From Candidatus Wirthbacteria bacterium (GTDB lineage: Bacteria > Patescibacteriota > CG2-30-54-11): DNA of 64,000 nucleotides. Each line of letters begins with the position of its first letter. The stretch's first letter is position 1. The notes below the pieces were generated by a model. That model saw only the letters and a program-made list of their open reading frames with translations, was not told the origin of the DNA and did no database searches. This document shows, piece after piece, positions 48,908 through 59,856 of this stretch. The translations under genes were made by a program, and so were the position numbers. Where the stretch lies: assembly GCA_903889905.1 (NCBI GenBank), contig CAISZI010000042.1, forward strand, positions 6,000 through 69,999. The letters run 5' to 3'.

Positions 48908-51121
48908 TTAATTAACTTTGCTATAGCTAAACTTAATAACTCTAAAATATAACTCACGCGGATCCGATGGACTGGGAATCTTGGGTCCAGTGGTTGAGAA
49001 ATTGATAACCGTTCTACCGGGTGGGACGCTAATTATTTTTTCATAACCGATTTCTGCCTGCCCTACATTTAACACATCTTTGAAATGCCCATCGGTGATG
49101 ATAAAGCTGGTCGGAATGGTTGCACCAGTCGCAAAGGCCATGGATATTTTTAACTTAATTGCGGCATCCGCGAGATTATTGATTTGCAATTTTCCTGACT
49201 TCGCGCACCATCGCCAGTTAGAAACCTGATTACTCTCCAAAAACGGACAATTAGTATCCCAGTCCAGCAGCAACGGATGCAGGGAATTATCCACAATCGT
49301 CTGATATTCCTCAGCAGTTAAAGTTTGATGAAGGTGTTGAGCATAGGGTAGTAATGAATAATAGACCAATTCCTTGTTATCACTTACAAACGGCTGCACA
49401 TTTAGAACCGAACTGATCTGATCTTCAATGCTTTTTCCATTATCCTGATACCCGTGTCGGTTGATATAAATACCAGCAAACCCGACCGCTGTAACGTCCT
49501 GGATTAAATCCTGAACGGACTTCACGCTTTCGTTCTTTTGCCACAGGTCTCCAGTGCGCCCTCGCAAAGCTCCGTAACTCCAACGCAATGTTTGTGAATG
49601 CAGGTAGCCGCGAAACAATTCATAATCACCAAGAGTATTGACTGGCGGTGATTCAGGAAAAGGCATATATGGCAATTGAAAAATCATTGCCCCGGCGGGT
49701 ACGTTATTCTCAATCGCCTTGACAAAGGCTTCATCATTATTAAAAGTTGCCGCATTGGCTTCATAGGTAATGTTTTGCCAGGGAGGGATGATAATACCCG
49801 TTGTTTGATCTAGCAGGCCAACGCCCAAAACAATACCTGCCACAAGCCATTTCATAATCCTGCCCCGGCCTGAGAATATTTTTTGGGTGAAGATGAAATC
49901 CAGCAATAAGGCAATCCCTGCCAGGGCAATAAATGCAATAAAAATGCTTATCCGGTTATAAGCGCGGATCATGTCGGAAAAGTAGATCGCGAAAAGACTG
50001 CCAAATCCACCGATTGTTCCCAGCAGGACCGCAGCAACCATCAATACGGATAGCAGCTTCAGCAGCACCTGCCGATAGGATTGAGTATCCTGCCGATAAA
50101 ATGCATAAACAATCCAGCCAAGCAGAAAAAGAAATCCAATCGACCCAATAAGTCCAAGCGCGGCGTCATCGTTTTCGTTCACCAGTGGAAATTTTAGGTT
50201 GTAGTTACTCTTTAATTCCGCCAGCGCCGGGATCCGGTGGTTCGTAGTCGGGAGTAGCAGCTGAGCAATCTTCAGGCCAAATACTTCGGCATGTGCTGGC
50301 AATCTTTGGGCAATATCCAGGTTTTGACCATGTTGGTGCTGATAGATGATAGAAGGCAGCAAATTTAGACCTAAAACAAAACAAATAACCAGGATCATGC
50401 CGATTCCAGTTACAATTTGGCCAAGTCTATTCGTTCGTTTGCTTAATAATGTGATGCAACTGGCAATAGCCAGAAAAAAACAGCTAAAAAATGCATAATA
50501 AACCCCAGAACAGGCGGTCAGAAAACAAATCATGATGGCAAAAAGTGTCTTCATGGTCAAAGGCTGGATCAAGAATTTTTTGCCCGTGAATTTAAATGGG
50601 GTTAGTTCGCCCAGGCCAATCCAAAAGACCAAAAGCATGCTGAGCGGAATGATAAAATAGGACGCCAAAAAAAGATGTGCCTCGTTGCGCATGAAATGAT
50701 AGGGCAAGAAAGCAAAAAGCAACGCCACACATATTGATACCACAGTCGAAATTTTTAGCTGCCTGAACACACCAAAAGTAATGACAGCAGTCAATGGAAA
50801 AGTCAGCAAAAAATAGCCATTCTCGACAACGGCCCAGCTGTGACTGAAGAACGTCATCAATTTGATGATCAAATAAAACAGATTATCACTCGAAAGCCAA
50901 TCATATGTCTGCAACCCAAATGGCATCCCGACAAATCGGTTGTTAAAGATCCACGGGTTGTCCTTCAGGCCTTTGACCATCATACTTGTCCAGAGGGCAT
51001 CCCCTGAATTAACAAACGGGATCCCCAGGTTCACTTTCCACAAATGCATAATGACAGTAATCAAACATGACGCAGCGACAGTAACGACCACATACGGGGA
51101 AAACTTTTTGAGAAGTGCCAT
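48908..51121 (-). CDS. Polytopic membrane protein, GT-C/YfhO-like, with an external C-terminal domain
   Basis: About 11-12 TM helices; early-loop GD motif; FAFLPYHFMR, IRAYNRISIFI, FQLPYMPFPE, WSYG. Confidence 0.65.
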   Translation of the reverse strand: MALLKKFSPYVVVTVAASCLITVIMHLWKVNLGIPFVNSGDALWTSMMVKGLKDNPWIFNNRFVGMPFGLQTYDWLSSDNLFYLIIKLMTFFSHSWAVVENGYFLLTFPLTAVITFGVFRQLKISTVVSICVALLFAFLPYHFMRNEAHLFLASYFIIPLSMLLVFWIGLGELTPFKFTGKKFLIQPLTMKTLFAIMICFLTACSGVYYAFFSCFFLAIASCITLLSKRTNRLGQIVTGIGMILVICFVLGLNLLPSIIYQHQHGQNLDIAQRLPAHAEVFGLKIAQLLLPTTNHRIPALAELKSNYNLKFPLVNENDDAALGLIGSIGFLFLLGWIVYAFYRQDTQSYRQVLLKLLSVLMVAAVLLGTIGGFGSLFAIYFSDMIRAYNRISIFIAFIALAGIALLLDFIFTQKIFSGRGRIMKWLVAGIVLGVGLLDQTTGIIIPPWQNITYEANAATFNNDEAFVKAIENNVPAGAMIFQLPYMPFPESPPVNTLGDYELFRGYLHSQTLRWSYGALRGRTGDLWQKNESVKSVQDLIQDVTAVGFAGIYINRHGYQDNGKSIEDQISSVLNVQPFVSDNKELVYYSLLPYAQHLHQTLTAEEYQTIVDNSLHPLLLDWDTNCPFLESNQVSNWRWCAKSGKLQINNLADAAIKLKISMAFATGATIPTSFIITDGHFKDVLNVGQAEIGYEKIISVPPGRTVINFSTTGPKIPSPSDPRELYFRVIKFSYSKVN

Positions 51122-51140
51122 TTATGACCTTTACAAAAGT

Positions 51141-53006
51141 TTAAAACTTCAATCCAGAAGCCGGACACGATACAGGCATAACTTGCAGTGAACCGAACTC
51201 AACCGCCTGATTGAATTCGATCTTAATTGTGTGATTCAACTGATTTAAATACTGCCCCAGATCGATGTCAATCCCAATGGATTTATTATCACTTTCGGCA
51301 TGCAGGCATTTTCCCAGAAGTCGCGTGCCTTCAGTGTATAAGTACACTTCTAAGACTTCAATTGTACGCGTCAAATCATTGGAAAACTTAACTGTAGAAG
51401 GAATGGGCTTACCCAGCCAGACAGATCCTGAATGCTGCCCGACATAATTATATTTGAATACATAACTATCATTCAGTGAAATTCCGGCCAGCAGACCATT
51501 CTTGTTTGTCAAATTTGCCTCAACAAGATTGAACTCATGTCCTGTTTCCTGATAGAAAAAATACTTGTTCGTCCATTTGTAAGTCATCATCCAGCTATAT
51601 GTGCTGTAATAAACATCAGGAATTTGTGTCAAAACCAAAATTTGATTTGAACTTAAATCATTTGGAATAAGATCGTGATGCAAGGCATCGCTCAAGAGCT
51701 GCTTGGGATATAAAAAATCCGAATTCAGTTTATCGACGACCATCCAATTGCTGAAAGTATTAACAAGCTGCACATACATAAGGATGACGGCAATACCCAC
51801 AACCAACCCGGTTCGAATGAATCGGGATTTGATCAAAACAAGGAAAACATTGATCAAGCAGGCTGAAAATAATAGCAGCCCAAAACTCTGAAAATAAACC
51901 GGGATATAACCATATCCCCAAAGAAGCTCGCTCTGGTATTTAACCGAGACAGACAAGATGGCAGCAGGCAGGATCCAAAACGATGCTCCGATTAGTAGCA
52001 GTAGTCGTTTGTTTTGCAACTTCCCCATTTTTAATGCAAAAAATATAAACGATAGTCCAGTTAGTACCGCTGCAAATTTTTCTCTGGCATTTACTGCCGA
52101 AACCGTCAGAATGGTTTTAATCAGGTTGGGATTGGTCGCCCATACATAACTCAATGGCAAGGTCGCACTAAGTTGTTTTAAAAAAGTAATCCAAACCTGA
52201 TCGTTCAAAACAAAACTTGTCCCGATATAGGAACTGGATTGACTTACATGCAAACGAAGTTGGTAATTAATCAATAAAACCACGCCGAAAGGGATCAAGT
52301 AACATAAAATCACAACCAATTTCCTTTTTTTATCCTTGATTAATCCCAAAATACAAAACACCACCAATAGAATAAATCCAAATGAAAGCTCATACATGAG
52401 CAAAGCACTAATATAAAAGAAGATACTCAGTAACAGGAAAAAAATACTTGTTTTTTTTACGTAAAAATATAAAAAAATCAGTGAGAGACAGATAAACAGA
52501 AATAGTACCTGCATCAAAGTGGCATATCCTAGAAGCGCATCGTGATAGATCCTAAATTGAAAAAAAATCGTGACCACCGCCATTAACAGAAAACTAAAAA
52601 ACTTATCGCGGCAAAGCTGGTAAACAAAATATCCAAACAAGGCAATATTCAAAAGTGTCAGCAACAGAATGACTGATTTATAGATAATAAAGTTTGATAA
52701 AAAATAGTAAACCGATTGCGTCAAGATAACAGTAATTGGGAAGAAGCGGCCACTCAACTGAATCCACATATCATTGTTTTGTTGAATTGATTGTCCCAGA
52801 TTAATGCCATTCAATTTAATTATCGTCCGCAACAATGAATTCGGAATGTCATCGGCATAGTAACCACTTTTTAACAGTGGGAAAATTGTCAGGACAACAA
52901 ATCCCATCAAAAAGAAAAAAATATAAAGATCTATTCGCTTCAACAAAATCTCTATTCTTTTCATTGTTGACAGCAATTTGCCTTCCTGTCGCGGAATCAA
53001 ATTCAC
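51141..53006 (-). CDS. Polytopic membrane protein, putative GT-C glycosyltransferase
   Basis: About 11 TM helices; YADD in the first external loop, GRFFP, LLMYE; GTG start with AGGAG upstream. Confidence 0.65.
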   Translation of the reverse strand: MNLIPRQEGKLLSTMKRIEILLKRIDLYIFFFLMGFVVLTIFPLLKSGYYADDIPNSLLRTIIKLNGINLGQSIQQNNDMWIQLSGRFFPITVILTQSVYYFLSNFIIYKSVILLLTLLNIALFGYFVYQLCRDKFFSFLLMAVVTIFFQFRIYHDALLGYATLMQVLFLFICLSLIFLYFYVKKTSIFFLLLSIFFYISALLMYELSFGFILLVVFCILGLIKDKKRKLVVILCYLIPFGVVLLINYQLRLHVSQSSSYIGTSFVLNDQVWITFLKQLSATLPLSYVWATNPNLIKTILTVSAVNAREKFAAVLTGLSFIFFALKMGKLQNKRLLLLIGASFWILPAAILSVSVKYQSELLWGYGYIPVYFQSFGLLLFSACLINVFLVLIKSRFIRTGLVVGIAVILMYVQLVNTFSNWMVVDKLNSDFLYPKQLLSDALHHDLIPNDLSSNQILVLTQIPDVYYSTYSWMMTYKWTNKYFFYQETGHEFNLVEANLTNKNGLLAGISLNDSYVFKYNYVGQHSGSVWLGKPIPSTVKFSNDLTRTIEVLEVYLYTEGTRLLGKCLHAESDNKSIGIDIDLGQYLNQLNHTIKIEFNQAVEFGSLQVMPVSCPASGLKF

Positions 53007-53079
53007 GCTTCTCCTTAATTTTGGTATGACAAAATCGTTCGCTCTGCCTGATGACGTATAATTTCGAGCGTCAATGATT

Positions 53080-53220
53080 CTACATTAACGTAGCTTGAAT
53101 CACACAAAGGGATATAGTTGCCCGCTGGCTGATGCGACCAATTGGAATAACTGCAGATAGGACAAAAACAAATAGAACTGAAAAAAAATCAAGTGTCAGC
53201 AAATGATAGAACTTATTCAT
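53080..53220 (-). CDS. Short hydrophobic ORF (46 aa) or gene remnant
   Basis: ATG directly follows the upstream TAA; MNKFYHLLTLDFFSVLFVFVLSAVIPIGRISQRATISLCVIQATLM. Confidence 0.3.
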   Translation of the reverse strand: MNKFYHLLTLDFFSVLFVFVLSAVIPIGRISQRATISLCVIQATLM

Positions 53221-55569
53221 TTATTTACACACTTTGGTGATATAATTCCCAAATTTATTACTCAAGGTGCTCCATCCATATTCTTTCAGCCACACAAACG
53301 AATTTCCCTCTGGACTTATTTTTGCGTTGATTAATGATTGCTCGATGCATTGCAAAAAGTTAGCCCGATCAGCCAGTTTCAGATTATCATTAAGCAGATT
53401 GTTGCCACGTGCCCCAAATTCAGTGCTAACCACCTGCATCCCGCGGGCAAGGTATTCAATCAGTTTAAGGTTTGTGCCAGCACCACTGAAAATCGGGTTT
53501 AGTCCAATATCACAACACCCCATCAGTTCATTTTTGACTTCTTCCGGTAGTGCCCCAAAACACTTCATGTTGGGCGGCAGGCAGCTAAAATCCTTGCATT
53601 CCTGTTTGTAAAAATCAGAGACAGAGCCAATAATAAAGTAAAGGTATTCCGGTGACTCTTTGGCCAGGTCCAAAATAAATTCAAAAGCTTCCAGATTGGG
53701 TTGATGCCAGCTACCTAAAAATACCAATACCGGTGTTTCCGCAGAAATGCCAATCTTGCGCTTGTTGAGTTTACGTTTTTCAGCATTAATCCAGGTAATT
53801 TTATCTGTATCCACACCATTGGGAATGATCTCGGTTTTGTGTTTGTCAATCCCATACAGCTCAATCATTTTCTGCTGTTCCTCATCAGAGCAGACGACAA
53901 CTCCGATACTCTGCTGCGCAACTTCAGATTCGACTTGCCTGAGTTCTTCCAAAAGTATTTTCCCCTTTTTGGAATTGGGAATAAAGCTCTGCTTTAGTTC
54001 GTATTCGATGTTGTGTGCTTCATAAATAAATGGCGTCTTTGCGTTATAAACCGGGTACAGATACGGATGCGAGAAAATGACAAGGTCACTTTGCTGCGCC
54101 AACGTATCCAAGGTTTCCACATAGCGGGTTGTCAGTTTGGCGTAACGAATCATGGCCACGTCATATAAATGGGCTTTAACATCTTTTTCCAGCATCCACT
54201 GCATTTCAGCATGTTCCTTCGATTGTGGGATGCTGATTTCCCTGAGGCCATTGTCGAGCAGGCGTTCCTCATAAACACAATCTACACCACTTAAAACCAG
54301 CAATGTCACATCAAAACTCTGCGCCAGACGTTTGTAAATGTTAAACAGCCTGACTTGCCCTCCACCCATGGGTGGGTAAGCTTTGTAAGTGGAGCAGACG
54401 AGAATTTTCTTTTTGAGCTGCAACTCGGGGAGAACCTGGCGGGAAAAATTTTCCCAATTAATATCTTTGACACTCTCCCTCCCCAATTGTCCCATTTTCA
54501 AAGCTTCTTCCAGATGTTGCGCCACATAACTGATCTTTTTGGCTAACCCATCGACGTCATTTTCCTTGACCACAAAACCTGTTTCCCCATTGCTGACAAA
54601 CTCAACCGGGCCACCGCTGTCGCGCATGGTCAGCACCGGTTTGCCGCTTTGCATGGCTTCAATTGTGACAAGACCGTAGTCTTCGTCCAACGGGTTAAAA
54701 ATGACCGCAATGGCATTGGCATATAAATCTTTGAGCTTGCTATCGTCAACAAAACCAATAAATTGGACGCGAGCATCTCCCTGGGCGAGTATTTTCAATT
54801 CCCGTTCCGCAGGTCCAGTGCCGGCAATCAGCAGTGGCAGCGTCGATGACGACTTCATGAAAGCCCGGATCGTGAGGTCGATGCGTTTGGCATAATCCAA
54901 CCGGCTAATGGCCAAAAAATAAGACTGCTGCCCGCAGAAATAACCTGATCCGGAAGTGGGTGGATAAGCCACTGCGACGTTGACTGCAGGCGGGAAATAG
55001 GCCGAACGCTGTCTCACCGTAGCGGACATGGTGGTAAACTTTTGGGCTGACTGCAGACCACAGCGATCCAGATAATGCACAATTTCACGGATAAAAGGCC
55101 CCGGGAAAATCGCCAGCCCGGCACCGTCAATAACAGCTTTGTGTTGATACAGCAATGTAAAAACTTGCTGACAAAGCTGTCGATTAAAATTTTCCGCACG
55201 CAAAATAGCCATCAACGGTTGTAGTTGCGGCGGGAAATGCGGCAATAAATCCGGCAAATGAAAACAATGATAGGTGTCATATAGTCCACGCAGCGTGTGG
55301 ATCATGTAATTGCGGTGGTTCGGGTGGTCGATCATCCAGGATGGATATTTGGTCGAAATGACAAGATCAAACCGCGACACATCCAAAGTAAAAAAACGCT
55401 GATAAGTTTCAATCAGATCCCAAAAACTAAGCTCCAGGCTATCGAGCCGCACCAATTCAGCCTTGTCCATGGACTTGGTATTGATGAACTGCGTCCAGCT
55501 CTCTAGCAGGTTTTCTGTACCTCCCTGGACATGGGGAACCGGTTTGGGGCCAATAATACCAATTTTCAT
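53221..55569 (-). CDS. Two-domain GT4 glycosyltransferase
   Basis: Domain 1 EDYGLVTIEAM; domain 2 GTNLKLIEYL; 782 aa. Confidence 0.92.
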   Translation of the reverse strand: MKIGIIGPKPVPHVQGGTENLLESWTQFINTKSMDKAELVRLDSLELSFWDLIETYQRFFTLDVSRFDLVISTKYPSWMIDHPNHRNYMIHTLRGLYDTYHCFHLPDLLPHFPPQLQPLMAILRAENFNRQLCQQVFTLLYQHKAVIDGAGLAIFPGPFIREIVHYLDRCGLQSAQKFTTMSATVRQRSAYFPPAVNVAVAYPPTSGSGYFCGQQSYFLAISRLDYAKRIDLTIRAFMKSSSTLPLLIAGTGPAERELKILAQGDARVQFIGFVDDSKLKDLYANAIAVIFNPLDEDYGLVTIEAMQSGKPVLTMRDSGGPVEFVSNGETGFVVKENDVDGLAKKISYVAQHLEEALKMGQLGRESVKDINWENFSRQVLPELQLKKKILVCSTYKAYPPMGGGQVRLFNIYKRLAQSFDVTLLVLSGVDCVYEERLLDNGLREISIPQSKEHAEMQWMLEKDVKAHLYDVAMIRYAKLTTRYVETLDTLAQQSDLVIFSHPYLYPVYNAKTPFIYEAHNIEYELKQSFIPNSKKGKILLEELRQVESEVAQQSIGVVVCSDEEQQKMIELYGIDKHKTEIIPNGVDTDKITWINAEKRKLNKRKIGISAETPVLVFLGSWHQPNLEAFEFILDLAKESPEYLYFIIGSVSDFYKQECKDFSCLPPNMKCFGALPEEVKNELMGCCDIGLNPIFSGAGTNLKLIEYLARGMQVVSTEFGARGNNLLNDNLKLADRANFLQCIEQSLINAKISPEGNSFVWLKEYGWSTLSNKFGNYITKVCK

Positions 55570-56622
55570 TTAACCTGCTTTGCCCGTTAATTGGTCAATG
55601 GCGTGATCCCAACTGATGGCTCCTACCTGACGGCTACCGTAAACACCCATTGATTTTAATTTGGCGACAGGCATTGACATAACTTGTGTCAGGATCTTGG
55701 CCAGAGCGCCTTCAGACGAGGCGATAAATCCATTTTCGCCATCTGTCACAAACTCCAGAACTCCACCCGCATCATGCATGGTGATCACAGGTTTGGATGA
55801 ATGCAAAGCTTCCAGTGTCACATACCCATAATCTTCATCATTGGGTGCAAAAATTACTGCCCGACAGGTTGCATAATAATTCACCAGCGCTTCATCCGTG
55901 ACAAAGCCAACAAAGGTAACTTTGTGGTTAATGCCAAGTTCGGCAGCCAGTCGCTGCAATGGTTCGGACTGCGGACCAGTTCCGGCGATCACCAGTGGCA
56001 AAGACTGCACCGAATGGGCGTACGCACGCAAAACCAAATCCAGTCTTTTGTTGACTTCAAGGCGGCTCACGGTAAACAGAAAATCGTCCATAGCCTTGAA
56101 ATGTAACTGTGGCCAGAGTCGGGAAGGCGTATAAATGGGTATACTGGGGATATGATTGTATTTCTGCAACCTGTCGCTGACCGTCTGCGAAATCGTGAAA
56201 ACAACACTGGATTCGGCGATAGCTTCATTGTCCAGAGCCATGATCTGGTCGCGAATTTCCCGATCCGCCTCGTTATTTTTATCCAACGAGCTCGTATCCT
56301 TGTCCCACAAATCATAAACATCGCGATGTTGATGAAAAAGCCAGGTGACTTTGTTGGGATGTTTGATGCAATAGGACGGGAACTTGGTGGCAATAACCAT
56401 GTCAATGGACTGATACTGATACCGGGTCATATCCAGCAGTCGCCAGATCAGGCTCGAGCGCAGTAATTCCGAAGGCGGGTCCCAGAGAAAAGGAATCGAC
56501 ACGCTCTCCACGTTGTAATTGCGAAGGCGCAGGTGCTTGATCGTTTCCTCGACCAGAATTTCAGCCCCGCCGCGCACAAACGGGTACTGTACATTACAAA
56601 CCAGAATATTGCGCATGCTCAA
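55570..56622 (-). CDS. GT4 glycosyltransferase
   Basis: RGGAE, SRLEVNKR, EDYGYVTLEAL. Confidence 0.93.
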   Translation of the reverse strand: MSMRNILVCNVQYPFVRGGAEILVEETIKHLRLRNYNVESVSIPFLWDPPSELLRSSLIWRLLDMTRYQYQSIDMVIATKFPSYCIKHPNKVTWLFHQHRDVYDLWDKDTSSLDKNNEADREIRDQIMALDNEAIAESSVVFTISQTVSDRLQKYNHIPSIPIYTPSRLWPQLHFKAMDDFLFTVSRLEVNKRLDLVLRAYAHSVQSLPLVIAGTGPQSEPLQRLAAELGINHKVTFVGFVTDEALVNYYATCRAVIFAPNDEDYGYVTLEALHSSKPVITMHDAGGVLEFVTDGENGFIASSEGALAKILTQVMSMPVAKLKSMGVYGSRQVGAISWDHAIDQLTGKAG

Positions 56623-57732
56623 TTACTTTCTCGCAATGATAGCGTAATCCTGATAGCCAAAAATGATATTATTCATTTTATCGACATTCTGATTATAAAT
56701 TTGATTGTCTGGATTATCCCCTGGTATGTATTTGAGCATAAATTCAGTCGGGGTCAGCGATAGATATTTAATTTCAATATCCCGGAAACCAAATGTTTCT
56801 AAGATAAAACTGAGTGTTTTGGGATGAACAGGCTTTTGGTGAGAAAGGTCAAGATAAAACGAATTGACAAACACATTCAGGCTTTGGGGATTGGGTGTCT
56901 CAAAAATTAAATAGTGACCGGTTTTAAGTTTCTGGTAAGCGAGCTGGATCAGATCCAAGAGATATTTATTGTGTAAATGTTCAACCACCTGCAAGGCAAT
57001 GACTCCATCCAGTGAATTGTCTTCCTGAGCCATGAGATAAGTATTGGCATCAACCATTTCGACGTCAAGGTTTCCCTGTTTGCAGTATTGAAACATATCT
57101 GGATCAATTTCTATCCCTTTGGCGCCAATTTTACTGGCATAAAACAGTTTTAACAGCTCACCACGTCCACAACCAATATCGAGCACTTTTTTGCATTTTA
57201 GGAAATAGGGCAGATATCTTTTTTGTTCTTCGAAGAGCACCGACTCCGGGCCTCGGAATTTATCTTCGAATTGCAAATAATTGAATGAAACATTATCGCG
57301 CGCAATCATTTCTTCCACACGTGGACCAATCCGTTCGGAAAATTCCTTGGCCTGAGCAAAGATCGGGTCTTTTTCCTTAATCATGGTCTGAAGATTATCT
57401 ATTTTGGCATTCAGTCCAAAAAAAATCGATTGCGCTTTTTTGTCAAATATTTCCTGGGCAGAAACAATGCCGCCAAGGAAAATTTTCATGGCAAAAAAAA
57501 GCTTATTGAGGGCAGAATTCGCGATCTTTTTGCCAATTCCCTGACGATGTGATGGCGGTAAATTATATTTGGTACTAAGTTCAGCATAATGTTTGAGCGC
57601 GGCAATCTCAGTGATCATTTCACTGGCGTTTAAGATTGCGCCAGTATAGCCAGGTCCGGATTTTTTGGATTTTCTGACACTCTCTAATTTATTCAGGATC
57701 TCTTCAACCGTTATATCCACGATAGATTTCAT
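56623..57732 (-). CDS. Class I SAM methyltransferase with helical/coiled N-terminus (glycan chain-terminator type)
   Basis: FEDKFRG, VLDIGCGRGE, QVVEHL, ETPNP, FYLDLSHQKPVHP, DYAIIA; next to wzt. Start could be the GTG at 57774. Confidence 0.88.
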   Translation of the reverse strand: MKSIVDITVEEILNKLESVRKSKKSGPGYTGAILNASEMITEIAALKHYAELSTKYNLPPSHRQGIGKKIANSALNKLFFAMKIFLGGIVSAQEIFDKKAQSIFFGLNAKIDNLQTMIKEKDPIFAQAKEFSERIGPRVEEMIARDNVSFNYLQFEDKFRGPESVLFEEQKRYLPYFLKCKKVLDIGCGRGELLKLFYASKIGAKGIEIDPDMFQYCKQGNLDVEMVDANTYLMAQEDNSLDGVIALQVVEHLHNKYLLDLIQLAYQKLKTGHYLIFETPNPQSLNVFVNSFYLDLSHQKPVHPKTLSFILETFGFRDIEIKYLSLTPTEFMLKYIPGDNPDNQIYNQNVDKMNNIIFGYQDYAIIARK

Positions 57733-57831
57733 GCCAAAAGCTCTGACGCTAATATTTAAAGCCAATTTTTGCACTGGTTAACATTAACAAATCCAGGGTC
57801 TAAAGGAAAGTTTCAACGCTCGATACGAAAA

Positions 57832-59061
57832 TTATGATGGATTGATCTGCCAATGTGAAGGGAATCTAACCAGCCCGACATCACTGGTATTGTTCATGAC
57901 ACGAAAATGGTATTTTTTGTCATGCCAGTCATACGGCTCCCCAGTACGCGAATGAATAGCAACAGTAACCGCAATGTCGCCTTGTAAAATCATATTTGCT
58001 TCAATTTCAAAACGGACAACTTTATTGCCTTCGATGCAGCGAATTGTTTCATTTCGGAGTTCAGTGTTTGTGCCAAAACACTCAACATGATTGTTGTCAA
58101 AAAAAACAATGCCAATCACCGGGTCTGATATTTTTTTTCTGGTTTGAATTGATATTTCAACGGTCATCGCGTCACCACTTATGAACGTATCGTTTTCGGT
58201 GTCCGTTTTATCCAAAAATCTGACTTGTGTAATTTCGGCTTGTTTGGTAACTGATTGTATTTTAACGTTGTCAGTCTTGGTTGGGATTTCATTTTTGTTT
58301 TGATGTACCGGTGCTGATGCTTCGTTTAGACCCTGCCGATCCTCATACACATACTTGTCCAAAACCTCTTCTGTCTTGCCCAATGCCATTTCATGACCTT
58401 GCTTGAGATACAGGCAGCGATCACAGAAACGACGCACACTGGTAAGATCGTGACTAACAAAAATCAGGGTTTTTCCCTGTTTTTTGAATTCCCTAAAAAC
58501 TTCAAAGCATTTTTGCTGGAACGCCATGTCTCCCACTGCCAAAACTTCGTCCATTAAATAAATTTCTGCCTTGGCTTTGATGGCCACAGAAAATGCCAAA
58601 CGCACCTGCATACCAGACGAAAAATTTTTGAGCTTCTGGTCAACGAATTTTTCCAGCTCGGCAAAAGCGATGATATCGTCAAACTGTGCATCGATTTCCT
58701 TTTTGGAAAGTCCAAGCACAGTACCGTTCAGATAAATATTGTCGCGTGCGCTCAGTTCGGCATTAAAACCAACACCCAGTTCCAGAAACGGGGAAATTTT
58801 GCCATGGGTGACGACTTTGCCGCTGTCCACCGGATAAATACCAGCCAGGACCTTGAGCAACGTGGATTTACCACTGCCGTTGCGCCCAATGATGCCAAAA
58901 AACTCGCCTTTGTCGACGGTGAAACTGACATCATCCAGTGCCTTGAATACATCTTTTGGATGCGATTTGAAACCCGTGGCGATCCACTCTCGCAGTGTAT
59001 CCCGACGCTCGTGCGGGATGACAAACCCTTTGGTAATATTTTTAACGTCAATGGCTTTCAT
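57832..59061 (-). CDS. wzt: Glycan ABC exporter ATPase with C-terminal carbohydrate-binding domain
   Basis: GRNGSGKST, FSSGMQVRL, DEVLAVGD, VSH; about 150-aa beta-rich C-domain. Confidence 0.95.
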   Translation of the reverse strand: MKAIDVKNITKGFVIPHERRDTLREWIATGFKSHPKDVFKALDDVSFTVDKGEFFGIIGRNGSGKSTLLKVLAGIYPVDSGKVVTHGKISPFLELGVGFNAELSARDNIYLNGTVLGLSKKEIDAQFDDIIAFAELEKFVDQKLKNFSSGMQVRLAFSVAIKAKAEIYLMDEVLAVGDMAFQQKCFEVFREFKKQGKTLIFVSHDLTSVRRFCDRCLYLKQGHEMALGKTEEVLDKYVYEDRQGLNEASAPVHQNKNEIPTKTDNVKIQSVTKQAEITQVRFLDKTDTENDTFISGDAMTVEISIQTRKKISDPVIGIVFFDNNHVECFGTNTELRNETIRCIEGNKVVRFEIEANMILQGDIAVTVAIHSRTGEPYDWHDKKYHFRVMNNTSDVGLVRFPSHWQINPS

Positions 59062-59064
59062 GGT

Positions 59065-59829
59065 TTAGAGTTCCTCTGCTGCTTTGTGAGAAAAACGGGT
59101 AAACAAAAATAAACCTAAGATCAAAATGACAATCGTACTGCCAACCACATAAATAACACCGGAAAAATTCGGGATTTTACCCTCCAGCACCGTCAGCCGA
59201 GCATACTGGATCAAACCGGTCATGGGATTCAGAAACAGGAAAAAACGGTATTTGGCGGGAATGAATTCCAAGGGGTAAATAATGGGCGACAGATAAAAAG
59301 CCGCGTTCAAAAATACTTCCCAGATCTGGTTGATGTCCCGAAATTTCAGAAAAATAACACTGAGACAAAGCGAAATTCCCAGCACCAGAAAATACAAAAC
59401 CGCCAGATCTACCAGCAGCAGCAACGCCGTCAAATGAATGGGTTTACCGGAGAGCAAAAAGAAAGCGAGAAAAATCAAAAGGTTCAGCGACAAAGTGATC
59501 AGGGTGTGCACGCTCGAGGCAAACACCACGACAATGCGTGGAAAATAAACTTTTTTGATAATATTCGATTTGTTGAGGAGCGCGTAAAGCCCGGAATTGG
59601 TACCCTCGGAAAAATAGTTCCAGATCATGATGCCCAGCAACAGATAAAGCTGGTAGTTGGGTACATTGAGACGGATAAAAACGGAAAACACCATATACAG
59701 CACCAAAAATTGCAGCAATGGCTTGAGCAGTGTCCAGACAAACCCCAGCACTGAGCCCTGGTAACGCATTTTAAAATCCGTGAGCGCGAGCCGCATGACG
59801 AGTTCAAAATAATTTTGGGAATTTTTCAA
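59065..59829 (-). CDS. wzm: Glycan ABC exporter permease
   Basis: RYQGSVLGFVWTLLKPL, KVYFPR, FRDI, FYLSPIIYP, LNPM. Confidence 0.95.
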   Translation of the reverse strand: MKNSQNYFELVMRLALTDFKMRYQGSVLGFVWTLLKPLLQFLVLYMVFSVFIRLNVPNYQLYLLLGIMIWNYFSEGTNSGLYALLNKSNIIKKVYFPRIVVVFASSVHTLITLSLNLLIFLAFFLLSGKPIHLTALLLLVDLAVLYFLVLGISLCLSVIFLKFRDINQIWEVFLNAAFYLSPIIYPLEFIPAKYRFFLFLNPMTGLIQYARLTVLEGKIPNFSGVIYVVGSTIVILILGLFLFTRFSHKAAEEL

Positions 59830-59856
59830 TGGTTATTTCCAAATAATGCACAAAAA

